A stretch of 64,000 nucleotides of DNA from Bacteriovorax sp. (GTDB lineage Bacteria; Bdellovibrionota; Bacteriovoracia; Bacteriovoracales; Bacteriovoracaceae): positions 15,532 through 79,531 of the forward strand of contig JBAZRY010000003.1 in NCBI GenBank assembly GCA_041662705.1. The letters are read 5' to 3'. The notes below the pieces were generated by a model. The model was not told the origin of the DNA. It saw only the letters and a list, made by a program, of their open reading frames with translations, and made no database searches. The position numbers were made by a program, and so were the translations under genes. Below are positions 29,451-39,672 of the stretch, piece by piece. Each line of letters opens with the position of its first letter. The stretch's first letter is position 1.

Positions 29451-31610
29451 CTATTTGGTTTCTTTAATTTGATTTAAGTATTCAATCACAAAATCTACAG
29501 CTTCTACACCCAATCCAGCAGTCGTTGCTGCACCTGCCGCAGGGATTCCATAGAACGCGAGACGATTGGCGGCGGTTGCCTTCAATAAATCTTCGTCGGA
29601 TAAATCCTTGTCTGTATTATAGGCCGTCTTCATTACTACGCGATCGCTTCTGGCAATTTTACGTTGTGTAAGAAAAGGATCTAATTGGGCCGCTGGATTT
29701 ATTTTTTCTATATCTGCCAGCCCCATTGATCTGCAGACACTTTGCGAGCAGTTATTAACCAGAAAGGAATAAGGAAGTTGTTTTTCGTAAACTTTTTGAA
29801 AATAACTTTTCATGACAAGCTTTTCTTTTTCCGATGATTCGATGACCTGACCGTAGACTTTATAATTTTTTTTAGTGACTCCCAGAAAGTTTTCAAAAGT
29901 TTCAATTTTAAATCCTGAACCGCCTGTCTGATGATAAACCTTATCTCCAATGCGTAAAGCAATATGACCGACTCTTTTAACGGCGTTGGGTAAATGGGGT
30001 ACATCAGCTCCTGGAATATACAAAAGCTCAACCGTGTCTTTTCCAATATTCTTTTGATAATCTGAAAGATTTGATGTCGTTATCTGCACCGGCCTATTTA
30101 AATCCGCGGCTAGCTGGTGATTCTTAAGAAACTGGTCGACTTCTGGTTTCATCTTTTTTGTATTGGACGACATTGAAGCAATTTGGATTTTTTCTTCTCG
30201 GACTACACTTACGATATTATCCATCTCAGTTTTGATAATTTTATTTTTCCCAGCGCCAAAATCTTTTAATAACAGTGAAATTGTTCCTGGCGTTTTAGCG
30301 CTGGATAACGAAGATTTCGTTTTAAGCAACGAAAGAATTTTTTGAGATATATCGGTTTTAAGAAGTGGTATTGCCGAAATTTCGGTTAATATTATCTTGT
30401 TGCTAAGTTCTTTTTTACATTCTTTTAAGCCTTCTAATTTCTGTCCGGTTGCCGCAGAAATAAATTCAGCTTCTTTCTGCTTACATTTCTTAATATCATT
30501 AGCAATCTGGCTTAAGTCACTAGCAGTTACTGAACTTAAAATAGCGATGTTAGTTAACTTTATTGCCCGAGATGCTTCACTGGCCTTAAGTCCATAGGTG
30601 GCCAATCTCTTTCCAAGTATTAATTCAATCGACAATTCTGAAGCCCTGCCTATTGGACCTAAGGCAAATGGCAGTGCAAATAATGTGATATCGAGTGCGA
30701 ACTCTTGATAGTCTTTCTTGGAAGTATAAGATTTATAACGTTGGGTCAAATAACACGCACATTTATTTGGAGGAGATTTAGCTGCTTCGTTGAAGGACAG
30801 ATCTAGAACTACTGACTCGCTTATTAATGGGAATCGTTCAATAATATTTTCATTGTAGTTCTTAATATGGTCTATATTATTTAATCTAATATATGGTTTT
30901 TGTGGGTCGTCACTAAAACGTTCAAATTCATTTTCCTTTTTTAATATACCCTGTAGGTTTTCAAAAAGTGCAGAAAATAATTTTTGCTCAAAAATATCTC
31001 TTGAAATAAACTCTTCTTTATCAACATCATTGTCACTCATTTTCGTGAAGATTTCTTCAAAACTAGAATTGGCCAGCAAAGGTTGCTTAATTAAAATGAT
31101 GCTTTTTAATTTTTGGACTCGTTCAATATCTTTATTGAGCTCCATTTTTCTTACGGCCGAACAATTTGTAATGCAGATATTTAATTTTCGCTGAAGTTGG
31201 ATGGCCTCTTTTGAAAGTAGGGTTAATTGTTTAAAGTCTTCTTCTATTTCACCTATTTCTTTTATCCCTGATTGGTAGGTTGGCTCTTTTTCCTTATCCC
31301 TTAATGTTCTAAATAGGGAGCCTAGGTTATCTTTGACCACCAGGTTCGCTGCCCTCAGCCGATTCGCTTTTTCCGTAAAAAGTTCCAATGTTTCGATTGG
31401 GGCCGCTACTTTATTGGTAAATTCACTGAATTTTTCAATGTTAACAATTGAGGACTCGGGCCCTCTGCAGTTTGAGCAGTCCTTTGATCTTTTTTTTGGG
31501 GATTCGCATCCTGCTGGCACTTCATAGCTTAAAGAGCTTGATATACTTGCCATAAAAAAGGTGAAAAAAATGAGAAAATTCATCAATAAAGTATCGGTAT
31601 TGTTGATCAT
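29451..31610 (-). CDS. Large exported protein with C-terminal permuted papain-like (DUF4105/PPPDE-type) domain
   Basis: Signal-like MNFLIFFTFFMASISSSLS; helical middle; GHIALRIG ... YSFLVNNCSQ His-before-Cys pattern. Confidence 0.55.
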   Translation of the reverse strand: MINNTDTLLMNFLIFFTFFMASISSSLSYEVPAGCESPKKRSKDCSNCRGPESSIVNIEKFSEFTNKVAAPIETLELFTEKANRLRAANLVVKDNLGSLFRTLRDKEKEPTYQSGIKEIGEIEEDFKQLTLLSKEAIQLQRKLNICITNCSAVRKMELNKDIERVQKLKSIILIKQPLLANSSFEEIFTKMSDNDVDKEEFISRDIFEQKLFSALFENLQGILKKENEFERFSDDPQKPYIRLNNIDHIKNYNENIIERFPLISESVVLDLSFNEAAKSPPNKCACYLTQRYKSYTSKKDYQEFALDITLFALPFALGPIGRASELSIELILGKRLATYGLKASEASRAIKLTNIAILSSVTASDLSQIANDIKKCKQKEAEFISAATGQKLEGLKECKKELSNKIILTEISAIPLLKTDISQKILSLLKTKSSLSSAKTPGTISLLLKDFGAGKNKIIKTEMDNIVSVVREEKIQIASMSSNTKKMKPEVDQFLKNHQLAADLNRPVQITTSNLSDYQKNIGKDTVELLYIPGADVPHLPNAVKRVGHIALRIGDKVYHQTGGSGFKIETFENFLGVTKKNYKVYGQVIESSEKEKLVMKSYFQKVYEKQLPYSFLVNNCSQSVCRSMGLADIEKINPAAQLDPFLTQRKIARSDRVVMKTAYNTDKDLSDEDLLKATAANRLAFYGIPAAGAATTAGLGVEAVDFVIEYLNQIKETK

Positions 31611-31643
31611 TTATTTAGGTAAATAAGGGGGAATTGGATATTT

Positions 31644-31720
31644 TGGTGGCTTGGGGCAGAATCGAACTGCCCACCTATGGGTTATGAATCCATCGCTCTA
31701 ACCAACTGAGCTACCAAGCC
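31644..31720 (-). tRNA. tRNA with CAT anticodon (probably elongator tRNA-Met; Ile2 not excluded)
   Basis: GGCTTGG/CCAAGCC acceptor stem, D-arm GCTC/GAGC, anticodon loop TTCATAA, TTCGATT T-loop, encoded CCA; 77 nt. Confidence 0.93.
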
Positions 31721-31736
31721 AAAAAAAGTTTGCTTG

Positions 31737-31765
31737 ATCCTAAATTCTCATGACTTATCTGTCAA
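31737..31765 (-). promoter_or_regulatory. sigma70 promoter of the tRNA
   Basis: Minus strand TTGACA-N17-TAGGAT, 16 nt upstream of the tRNA 5' end. Confidence 0.75.
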
Positions 31766-31825
31766 GAATTCTTTGCTTAAAAGGAGTTTCGACCTATGAT
31801 GCATTTAAGGATTTAAGCAATAATA

Positions 31826-33130
31826 ATGAGTAGACTAAGAACCGCACAATTTGTTTCTCACGTTCATTTATTTATGAAGTCGTTTCACTTGATAAATAAG
31901 GAAAAATCCAATCTGGTGGCGGTTTCTGGCGGCGTGGACTCCCTTGCACTTATGTATGTCCTGAACGATATTTTCAGGGGAAACCTTAGGGTGCTTCATA
32001 TAAACCATGGTACTCGAGCGGAGAACGACCAGGAAGAAAATCTGGTTAGAAATCATGGTGAACTCCTGGGACTTGAAGTTGATGTCGTAAAGTTCACCAT
32101 GAATCTGGATCAGAATAATTTTGAGGCAGTCGCAAGAAATCTTAGGGCCGAAGTTTATAAGCAATATTTACACAAGAATTATCTGGTATACACCGCACAC
32201 CATTTGGATGATTCTTTTGAATGGAGCATGATTCAATCTTTCAGGCAGAGCCTGCTTCAGTCCACGCTTGGTATTCCAGTTTATAACAGGGGACTGGTCA
32301 GGCCTTTTATGTGCGTGAGTAAAAATCAGATCAGAATGTATGCTAAGGCATTAGGTCTCAGTTGGGCAGAGGACAGTTCAAATCGTGACACACGCTTTGA
32401 GCGAAATTTTTTTCGTGCAAAACTTACGAGCACTATCAGAAAGCGTTATCCACAATACCTGCGGCACTATGTGGCCCGTCAAAATGCACTCGCGCTGAAG
32501 CTCAATTTGCATCGCAGTCTCTTTTTAAATGAACCCCAGTTTGCACCGCTAATCCGGCTGGATGAAAAACGCGAAGCCTCGGGAGCCGTCGTTTTAAGAT
32601 CTCAGGATTTTAGTCACCACAAAGATCAGATTAAGGAATGGATTCATTTTTTTTCCAAGACTCATAGAGGGGAAATAAACCGGGAAGTTGATAAATTAAT
32701 TGAGGCCCATAAGAAAATTGGCAGCGACCCTCGGGAGCCAAAAATTAAAGGCCCTCTAAGTTTTTCGGGTGGAGTAAAGATTCATATACTTCGGGATTAT
32801 TTATTAATTACCAATGAATTACATATGGATTACTACCGCAAATGCGACGAACTTTTGCTTCAACGACTTGAGCACACTATTGACGTTACGCAGATTACTG
32901 AGCGAGACCATAAAAAACCCGTCAAGGCCTTTTTCCCTTATTTGTGTTTTCTTTCCAAGGAAGACAAGTCTAAATCTTCGAAGCTGATACATCCATTGTT
33001 GCCAAAAAGTACTCAGTGGCTCAGGGAACATAAGATCCCCTACAGTTTTTATCCGCTAATACAAAAAAAGGGGAAACAAAAGTTGTTTCACAATGCTGTC
33101 ATACTTGATTCTTCTGGCTTAGGTTTATAG
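31826..33130 (+). CDS. tilS: tRNA(Ile)-lysidine synthetase
   Basis: VAVSGGVDS, LHINHG, EAVAR..R, TAHHLDD, RPF, EDSSN....ERN..R; tilS-ftsH-folP order. Confidence 0.9.
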   Translation: MSRLRTAQFVSHVHLFMKSFHLINKEKSNLVAVSGGVDSLALMYVLNDIFRGNLRVLHINHGTRAENDQEENLVRNHGELLGLEVDVVKFTMNLDQNNFEAVARNLRAEVYKQYLHKNYLVYTAHHLDDSFEWSMIQSFRQSLLQSTLGIPVYNRGLVRPFMCVSKNQIRMYAKALGLSWAEDSSNRDTRFERNFFRAKLTSTIRKRYPQYLRHYVARQNALALKLNLHRSLFLNEPQFAPLIRLDEKREASGAVVLRSQDFSHHKDQIKEWIHFFSKTHRGEINREVDKLIEAHKKIGSDPREPKIKGPLSFSGGVKIHILRDYLLITNELHMDYYRKCDELLLQRLEHTIDVTQITERDHKKPVKAFFPYLCFLSKEDKSKSSKLIHPLLPKSTQWLREHKIPYSFYPLIQKKGKQKLFHNAVILDSSGLGL

Positions 33131-33133
33131 AAT
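33105..33133 (+). promoter_or_regulatory. Putative sigma70 promoter for ftsH inside the tilS 3' end
   Basis: TTGATT-N17-TAGAAT, 52 nt upstream of the ftsH ATG. Confidence 0.5.
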
Positions 33134-33185
33134 GAGTGATGTCAAAAAATGAAGTTTGATAAAGCAATGAAGGAATAGGAATTAA

Positions 33186-35081
33186 ATGAAACCTCAGCAA
33201 AAAACACTCACTCTTTGGATTGTTGTCATTTTACTAATGGCGCTCGTGGCGAAAGTCGCAACCGTTGATAAAAAAGATCATAAATTTATTAAATACCCAG
33301 ACTTTGTAAGAGCTGTGCAGGACAAAAATGTCGACGAAGTTGTCTTTAAAGGCAAAGACACCATCATGGGGAAATTCAAAACAGGTTACGAAGGCGGGTC
33401 TCGTTTTAGTTTAACTGGTAATACCGGGGACGCGACATTTAATATTTTGCGTGAAAACGGAATTATTCCTCAATACGAAGAAGAGGAGAAGCAAACATTC
33501 TTTACATCGCTCCTGCTCAACTGGGGACCAATGATATTACTTATTGTTATTTTTTATTTTTTCCTGCGCCAGATTCAGGCCGGCGGAGGAAAAGCAATGA
33601 GCTTTGGGAAGTCGCGGGCGCGCCTGCTGAATCCGCATGATAAAAAAATAACTTTCGGTGATGTCTCAGGTGTTCAGGAGGCAAAAGAAGAACTTGAAGA
33701 AGTTGTCGATTTTCTGAAAGACCCAAAAAAATATACTGCACTTGGCGGGAAAATTCCTAAAGGAGTTATCCTGGTTGGTCCTCCGGGTACAGGTAAAACT
33801 TTACTGGCAAGAGCTGTTGCCGGTGAAGCAGATGTTCCGTTCTTTTCAATTTCAGGATCAGATTTTGTTGAGATGTTTGTCGGTGTCGGTGCTTCACGCG
33901 TGAGAGATTTATTTGAACAGGGCAAGAAACACGCTCCGTGTATCATCTTCATTGATGAGATCGATGCAGTTGGACGTCATAGAGGTCAGGGAATGGGCGG
34001 GGGGCACGACGAACGTGAACAAACGCTTAACCAACTTCTTGTTGAGATGGATGGATTTGAATCCAATGAAGGCGTTATTTTAATTGCAGCTACAAACAGA
34101 ATCGATGTACTGGATCCGGCGCTTCTACGTCCGGGACGGTTTGATAGACGTGTTATGGTTGGTGCTCCTGATGTACGCGGCCGCCTTGGTATTTTAAAAG
34201 TTCATACTAAAAAAACTCCACTTGAGGACAATATCGATTTAGAAGTTATTGCTAAAGGGACACCGGGATTTACCGGTGCTGACCTGGCAAACTTGGTTAA
34301 CGAGGCAGCGTTAAATGCAGCTCGCCTTAATAAGAAAAAATTATCAAATGAAGATTTTGAACAGGCCAAGGATAAAGTATTAATGGGACCTGAGCGAAAA
34401 TCATTGGTCATTTCCGATAAAGAAAAACTAATGACGGCTTATCATGAGGCCGGACATACGTTGGTTGGTATGAATCTTCCTCATACTGATCCGATTCACA
34501 AAGTTTCAATCATGCCAAGAGGCGGAGCTTTAGGTGTTACACAAACTCTTCCAAATGAAGACATGCTTTCATTGACTAATGACAGGGCAGAGAATTTTAT
34601 CGCCTTTTTAATGGGGGGGCGTTGTGCTGAAGAAATTGTTTACGGACAAATGACTTCAGGAGCGTCTAATGACATTGAAAGAGCGACAGGTCTTGCCCGC
34701 AATATGGTTTGTAAATGGGGCATGTCTGAAAAGATGGGCCCTATCAATTACAATAAATCATCTATGTCGATTTATACAGGTACCGGAGACAATACTGATT
34801 ACTCAGAAAAAACAGCTCAGGAAATTGATGAAGAAATTAACCGCATAGTAGAAAAGAATTATCGACAGGCCATCAATATTCTGAAATCAAATCGCGATGG
34901 ACTTGATCGTCTTGCCAAGGCTTTAATGGCCTGGGAAACAATTGATATTCAGCAAGTTAAAGATGTGATTGCAGGTGTTGATATTGGAGTTCCACTTAAG
35001 TCTGAAAAAGCTGCTAAACCAGATGAGGCACCTAGTAAAACTGAACCTGTCACGAGCACGCTTAATCCAGTTATCGCGTAA
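33186..35081 (+). CDS. ftsH: ATP-dependent zinc metalloprotease FtsH
   Basis: [40 protein letters not shown]. Confidence 0.98.
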   Translation: MKPQQKTLTLWIVVILLMALVAKVATVDKKDHKFIKYPDFVRAVQDKNVDEVVFKGKDTIMGKFKTGYEGGSRFSLTGNTGDATFNILRENGIIPQYEEEEKQTFFTSLLLNWGPMILLIVIFYFFLRQIQAGGGKAMSFGKSRARLLNPHDKKITFGDVSGVQEAKEELEEVVDFLKDPKKYTALGGKIPKGVILVGPPGTGKTLLARAVAGEADVPFFSISGSDFVEMFVGVGASRVRDLFEQGKKHAPCIIFIDEIDAVGRHRGQGMGGGHDEREQTLNQLLVEMDGFESNEGVILIAATNRIDVLDPALLRPGRFDRRVMVGAPDVRGRLGILKVHTKKTPLEDNIDLEVIAKGTPGFTGADLANLVNEAALNAARLNKKKLSNEDFEQAKDKVLMGPERKSLVISDKEKLMTAYHEAGHTLVGMNLPHTDPIHKVSIMPRGGALGVTQTLPNEDMLSLTNDRAENFIAFLMGGRCAEEIVYGQMTSGASNDIERATGLARNMVCKWGMSEKMGPINYNKSSMSIYTGTGDNTDYSEKTAQEIDEEINRIVEKNYRQAINILKSNRDGLDRLAKALMAWETIDIQQVKDVIAGVDIGVPLKSEKAAKPDEAPSKTEPVTSTLNPVIA

Positions 35082-35087
35082 AATTTA

Positions 35088-35972
35088 ATGCTTTATCCAT
35101 TTAAAGAAATAAGGAGTATGGGGGTTATTAATATAACTCCCGATTCTTTTTCGGATGCCGGATCTCTGTTTCAAAATGGTGAAGAGTTAAAAAAATTATT
35201 GAAGCAATTTAAAAAAATTCCCGCTCTTGTTTATGATTTTGGTTTCGAATCCACTGCTCCCATGAACAGTGCAATCTCCAGTGCCGAAGAGAAATCGCGA
35301 TTTGATAATATATTTGATGCCCTGGCAGGAATTGATTTGAGTGGAAAGTGGATTTCTTTTGATACCTACAGGCCCGAGAGTTATCTCTATTTTGAGGAAA
35401 AATTTCAAATGAGATACAAAGGCTGCGGGTTCATTTTCAATGATATATCGGGTGTCGTGGACTCTGACCTTTTAAATCTACTTAAATCTAAAAGGTATCA
35501 AAAGAATTTCTACTACGTTCTCGGGAGTACGCATATTCCTTCCCGTGATAAGGTTCTTGACCACATGAATTACATCCATGAAGGAGACATTGTCGAGCAA
35601 ACGGGGGACTGTTTTTTAAACGGAATCCCAAAATTAGTCGAGTGTGGACTCAAAGAGAAAATCATTCTTGATCCTTGTTTTGGTTTTTCGAAAAGCTATG
35701 AACAAAATTGGGAGCTGCTCACTCGCTTTGATGATTTAGCACGAATTCTAAAAGCATCCGGACATACTTATCCGTGGCTTGTCGGTGTCTCCAAGAAATC
35801 ATTTCTCAGGAGGGCGCTTCCTGAATCCAGTGACCCGTTTAACGACGCTGAAATTTTGCATGCTAAAATTATAGAGGACATGATCTTAAAGAATTGCGGG
35901 CAACTGATATGGAGAGCACACGATCCTTTTTTAGTGGAGAGCATATACTCTAGAGCGGCAACTCAATCTTAA
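35088..35972 (+). CDS. folP: Dihydropteroate synthase (divergent)
   Basis: MGVINITPDSFSD, SFDTY, NDISG, ILDP.FGF.K, VGVSKKSF, RAHD. Confidence 0.85.
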   Translation: MLYPFKEIRSMGVINITPDSFSDAGSLFQNGEELKKLLKQFKKIPALVYDFGFESTAPMNSAISSAEEKSRFDNIFDALAGIDLSGKWISFDTYRPESYLYFEEKFQMRYKGCGFIFNDISGVVDSDLLNLLKSKRYQKNFYYVLGSTHIPSRDKVLDHMNYIHEGDIVEQTGDCFLNGIPKLVECGLKEKIILDPCFGFSKSYEQNWELLTRFDDLARILKASGHTYPWLVGVSKKSFLRRALPESSDPFNDAEILHAKIIEDMILKNCGQLIWRAHDPFLVESIYSRAATQS

Positions 35973-37755
35973 ATGTTGAGCCGACACCCAGTTTACTTTC
36001 TACAGAAAGTTTTCCTGCATGGGCATCGATTATCTGTTTGGAAATAAATAACCCAAGACCAAGTCCACTAACCTCGGAGGGATTGGGTATTTTTTCAAAT
36101 CGATTAAATATTTTATCCAGGTTCTCTTCTGCTATCCCTATGCCGTGATCTTTAAGGCTGATGAGTATTTTTGTTTCCATATGGGTAGTCGTAAGAATAA
36201 TCTGCTTGCCTTTACCATAGCGGATGGCATTTGTAAGGAGATTGATCAGTACCTGTTCAATTCGGATTCTGTCCCAATTTACCAAAATATTACCGCAATT
36301 ATTTTCAATGATCGGCGACGGGCAGTTGGACGAGATGAATTGATCCTTTAATATTTCATGAACCTCGCCAAGTAAATCGGAGAATTGAAATTGCTGAGGC
36401 TTCAAAGTAAGATTGCCTGTTCTGATACGTGAAATGTCCAGCATATCATCGACGAGTCTGTTTAGTTTTGAAACCTGCTTTTCTACCTGCAGGGATAGAT
36501 TATCGATTCTCGCCGGAGTGTATGCGTTTTCATCGCCTCTTAAAACCCCTTTTCTGAAATTTTGAGAATGCAGCTTAAGGGAGGTGAGGGGGGTTTTTAA
36601 TTCATGTGAGGCAATTGAAAGAAACTCATCTCTTGCTTTTAGTGCATCTTCAAGGGCAGAGTTCTGCTTTTCAATATTGCGGGCAAGTCTTTTTTGATCA
36701 TCAATATCAGTGCATGACCCGAACCATTTTACCGTTTTGCCAATGCTGTCTTTGACTGGAAGTGCGAGTCCTAAGAACCATCTATATGTACCGTCTTTGC
36801 CTTTTAGACGATACTCAATATGGTAAGGGACGCTGGTTTCAAGAGATGTGCACCAACATTCATGATCCCTTAAGTAATCGTCGGGATGGATGATACTTTC
36901 CCATGTAGGATTAAAGTAGTCTCCTGTTTGAGTGCCTGTGTACTCGTAGAAACGGGCATTGTAAAAATCTAAATGCCCTGATCCTGTTGAGGTCCATACG
37001 ATATGTGGAATTGAATCTGCCAGAAACCTGAAACTCTTTTCACTGAAGGCCAGTTCATTCTCGGCCATTTTTCGTTTTGTGATATTTCTAAAAAATAAGG
37101 CTATACCGTTATCTTTTGGATAAATTCTCACTTCTACCCATGCATCCATTGGTGAATAATAGGATTCAAATTCGGAAGGAGAACGGCTGGACATGACTTT
37201 GTTGGCCTCGAGCCAGAAGATTGAATTTTTATCGGCTGCTTCAGGAAATATTTCCCAGACAAAATGGTCGATGGAATCTTCCCGCGATAAGAGCGTCAGC
37301 ATCTCATAATTTCTATTAACCATGACAATTTTCCAGTCGCGATCAAGGGCAAAAAAGGCATCTTGCATACCTTCAATGATTGATGACAATTCCCTTGAAC
37401 TGCTTTCAAGTTTATGCCGAAGACGACGTTCCTGTCTTCTGGCCTGTTCGATGATTAAAGCAATTGAAAAGGCGAAGAAGGCAAGTATCCCGGTCTTCAT
37501 CAATTCAAAGCCGTCGAAAAAAGGAACATTGGGGTTAAAGATAATATTTGAAAGTATAGAGCAGAAAACAATTGAAGCGATGGCAGGATAAAAACCGGCA
37601 ATCCAGGAAATGAAGAATAAAACCGGATAAAGGACAATGTATCTTCCAGGGAGATACGACCTAAATTTGTATTGCAAAAATAGAGTCACTGAACAAAAAA
37701 TCAGCGAAAACAGCAGTCTCACAATGAATGGTTTTTTTAAAAGTACCTTCGTCAT
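35950..37755 (-). CDS. Membrane PAS-PAS sensor histidine kinase (orphan)
   Basis: N-terminal TMs, two PAS domains, IASHELKTPL, QVLINLLTNAIRY, DHGIGI, GLGLGL. Confidence 0.9.
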   Translation of the reverse strand: MTKVLLKKPFIVRLLFSLIFCSVTLFLQYKFRSYLPGRYIVLYPVLFFISWIAGFYPAIASIVFCSILSNIIFNPNVPFFDGFELMKTGILAFFAFSIALIIEQARRQERRLRHKLESSSRELSSIIEGMQDAFFALDRDWKIVMVNRNYEMLTLLSREDSIDHFVWEIFPEAADKNSIFWLEANKVMSSRSPSEFESYYSPMDAWVEVRIYPKDNGIALFFRNITKRKMAENELAFSEKSFRFLADSIPHIVWTSTGSGHLDFYNARFYEYTGTQTGDYFNPTWESIIHPDDYLRDHECWCTSLETSVPYHIEYRLKGKDGTYRWFLGLALPVKDSIGKTVKWFGSCTDIDDQKRLARNIEKQNSALEDALKARDEFLSIASHELKTPLTSLKLHSQNFRKGVLRGDENAYTPARIDNLSLQVEKQVSKLNRLVDDMLDISRIRTGNLTLKPQQFQFSDLLGEVHEILKDQFISSNCPSPIIENNCGNILVNWDRIRIEQVLINLLTNAIRYGKGKQIILTTTHMETKILISLKDHGIGIAEENLDKIFNRFEKIPNPSEVSGLGLGLFISKQIIDAHAGKLSVESKLGVGSTFKIELPL

Positions 37756-37863
37756 AGCTACCAGAAAATACGGGCTTTTTTATTTATTGTCAGCTCAAGA
37801 TATTCTCAATTATATTGAAGGTTTAAGTTTGTAAATTTTTCAGTATTCATTTAACATAAAGAA

Positions 37864-38256
37864 ATGGAATACGAATGCGGCCCGCTTCTCCTATACTCTC
37901 AGGATAAAACCCGAATGATGGATTTTCTTTCGGATGTCTTTGAATTTGATGTGGACAGCGTTTCCGACAGTGTTCACCGAGGCCCTCTCAATTTGAAACT
38001 TTGTACGCTTGAATCCCCCGGCCAAGACCAAAACAGCGGGGGCATTGTTTTTTCTTTTAAAGTTAAAAGCGAGCAGGAACTCAAAGAGATAATGAGCAAG
38101 TATAATTTTTTTCTCTACAGGAAATCGGCCCTTTCTACTACTGTTGAAAAACTGGACCTGATACAAAACGACCAAAAGAAAGTCTTGACCATTTCTGATA
38201 TTGATCAGAGGCTATGGCGGTTTGAATTTGATATGAGAGCTATTCAGGATATCTAA
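37864..38256 (+). CDS. Hypothetical protein, possible VOC-fold
   Basis: FLSDVFEFD, IVFSFKV, ISDIDQRLWRF resemble VOC strands; same-strand neighbour of pyrC. Confidence 0.45.
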   Translation: MEYECGPLLLYSQDKTRMMDFLSDVFEFDVDSVSDSVHRGPLNLKLCTLESPGQDQNSGGIVFSFKVKSEQELKEIMSKYNFFLYRKSALSTTVEKLDLIQNDQKKVLTISDIDQRLWRFEFDMRAIQDI

Positions 38257-38258
38257 TT

Positions 38259-39545
38259 ATGGCAGTCAAGATTCTAGAAGCGATATGTGCCACCAGCTCA
38301 GATGTTTTGCGCAGGCAAATAGCTTTTGATGTTCAAAGCGGAATTATTTTAAGCGTCGGCGATTGTCTTAAACCTAAAGCACAGCTGGATTTTTATTTCG
38401 ATGATGACTGTTTACTATTTGCCGGAATGGGCGATATTCATATACACGCCAGGGAAGATATAACCGGCAAAAATAAATATAAAGAAGACTTTAATTCTGT
38501 TTGCTGCGCGGCCATTAATGGTGGTCTTGCTCATGTAGCAGATATGCCAAACAATCCTGTGCCTCCCGTTGATGATGAAAGTTATCTGCAAAAAGCCGTG
38601 CTTGCCGCCAATAGTGTCGTTCCTATTTTAATGTACGCAGGCATAGGTCCGGACACCAGACCTCTCAGTTTTGAAGTTCCCTATAAGGCCTATATGGGAC
38701 CTTCTATCGGTGAACTTTATTTTAAAAATAACGAGCAACTTGAGCGCGTTTTAGAATTCTATCGTCATCAATGGGTGAGTTTTCATTGTGAAGACCCGCA
38801 AATTTTAGAGGACTGTAAGCTGGAATCCGATCATTTTTCCAGAAGGCCGCTTCGTTCGGAATTAATAGCAACAGATTTTGCATTGAAATTAATTGAAAAA
38901 TTTGAACTCAAAGGAAAACTTTGCCATTACAGTGCCGGCGCCGGACTCGATGCTATAAGGGCGGCTAGAAAAAAAGGGGTCAATGTCAGCTGTGAAGTCA
39001 CTCCTCAGCATCTTTATTTCACCCGGGAAATGATTCAACAAATGCCTCTGGATGAGCAGATCTTGTTTCAAATGAATCCGCCGATAAGGGAAGCCAGCGA
39101 CGCGCATAAATTGTTGAGCGCCCTTAAAAATCACGAAATAGATTTTCTTGCGACAGACCATGCCCCTCATAGCCCTGAAGAAAAAGCAAAAGGCATGAGT
39201 GGTCTGCCCGGGCTCGATACCTATGCTGCATTTGTGACATGGTTATTGATTGATCAAAATATTCCCGCGACGACCATTGCACTTATTGCTTCAGAAAATC
39301 CAGGCCGTTTTTTTAACCAGTTTTTACCAGTCCTTTCCAAAATCTCTGCCGAAGGTTCCAGATGGGGCAAGGGAATGGGCTTTTTGGCACCCGGTTTTTC
39401 GGCTTCATTTACCATTCTAAATACGAAAAGAGCGAGCGTTATAACCCACGAAAATTTAAAGACAAAGGCTTCTTGGTCTCCTTTTTTAAATGTTAAATTT
39501 CCCGGCTCTCTTGAGGCAATTTTTATTGGCGGAAACAGGATGTAG
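38259..39545 (+). CDS. pyrC: Dihydroorotase / amidohydrolase family
   Basis: DIHIHARE, DMPNN.PP, HCED, CEVTPQHL, MNPPIR, TDHAPH. Confidence 0.85.
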   Translation: MAVKILEAICATSSDVLRRQIAFDVQSGIILSVGDCLKPKAQLDFYFDDDCLLFAGMGDIHIHAREDITGKNKYKEDFNSVCCAAINGGLAHVADMPNNPVPPVDDESYLQKAVLAANSVVPILMYAGIGPDTRPLSFEVPYKAYMGPSIGELYFKNNEQLERVLEFYRHQWVSFHCEDPQILEDCKLESDHFSRRPLRSELIATDFALKLIEKFELKGKLCHYSAGAGLDAIRAARKKGVNVSCEVTPQHLYFTREMIQQMPLDEQILFQMNPPIREASDAHKLLSALKNHEIDFLATDHAPHSPEEKAKGMSGLPGLDTYAAFVTWLLIDQNIPATTIALIASENPGRFFNQFLPVLSKISAEGSRWGKGMGFLAPGFSASFTILNTKRASVITHENLKTKASWSPFLNVKFPGSLEAIFIGGNRM

Positions 39546-39672
39546 GACATTAGTCGAGTAAAACAGTCAACTGTAAGAAGTTGTTAGTATACCAGATGAG
39601 TCAATTGTTCTTTAATATTGCCCAAATCTGATTTAAAAAAATTAGATAATTCGGCAAATAAAAGGGACCTTC

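Noticed and set aside
29161-31720. tRNA-integrated genomic island
   Set aside because: No integrase and no duplicated tRNA 3' end seen downstream
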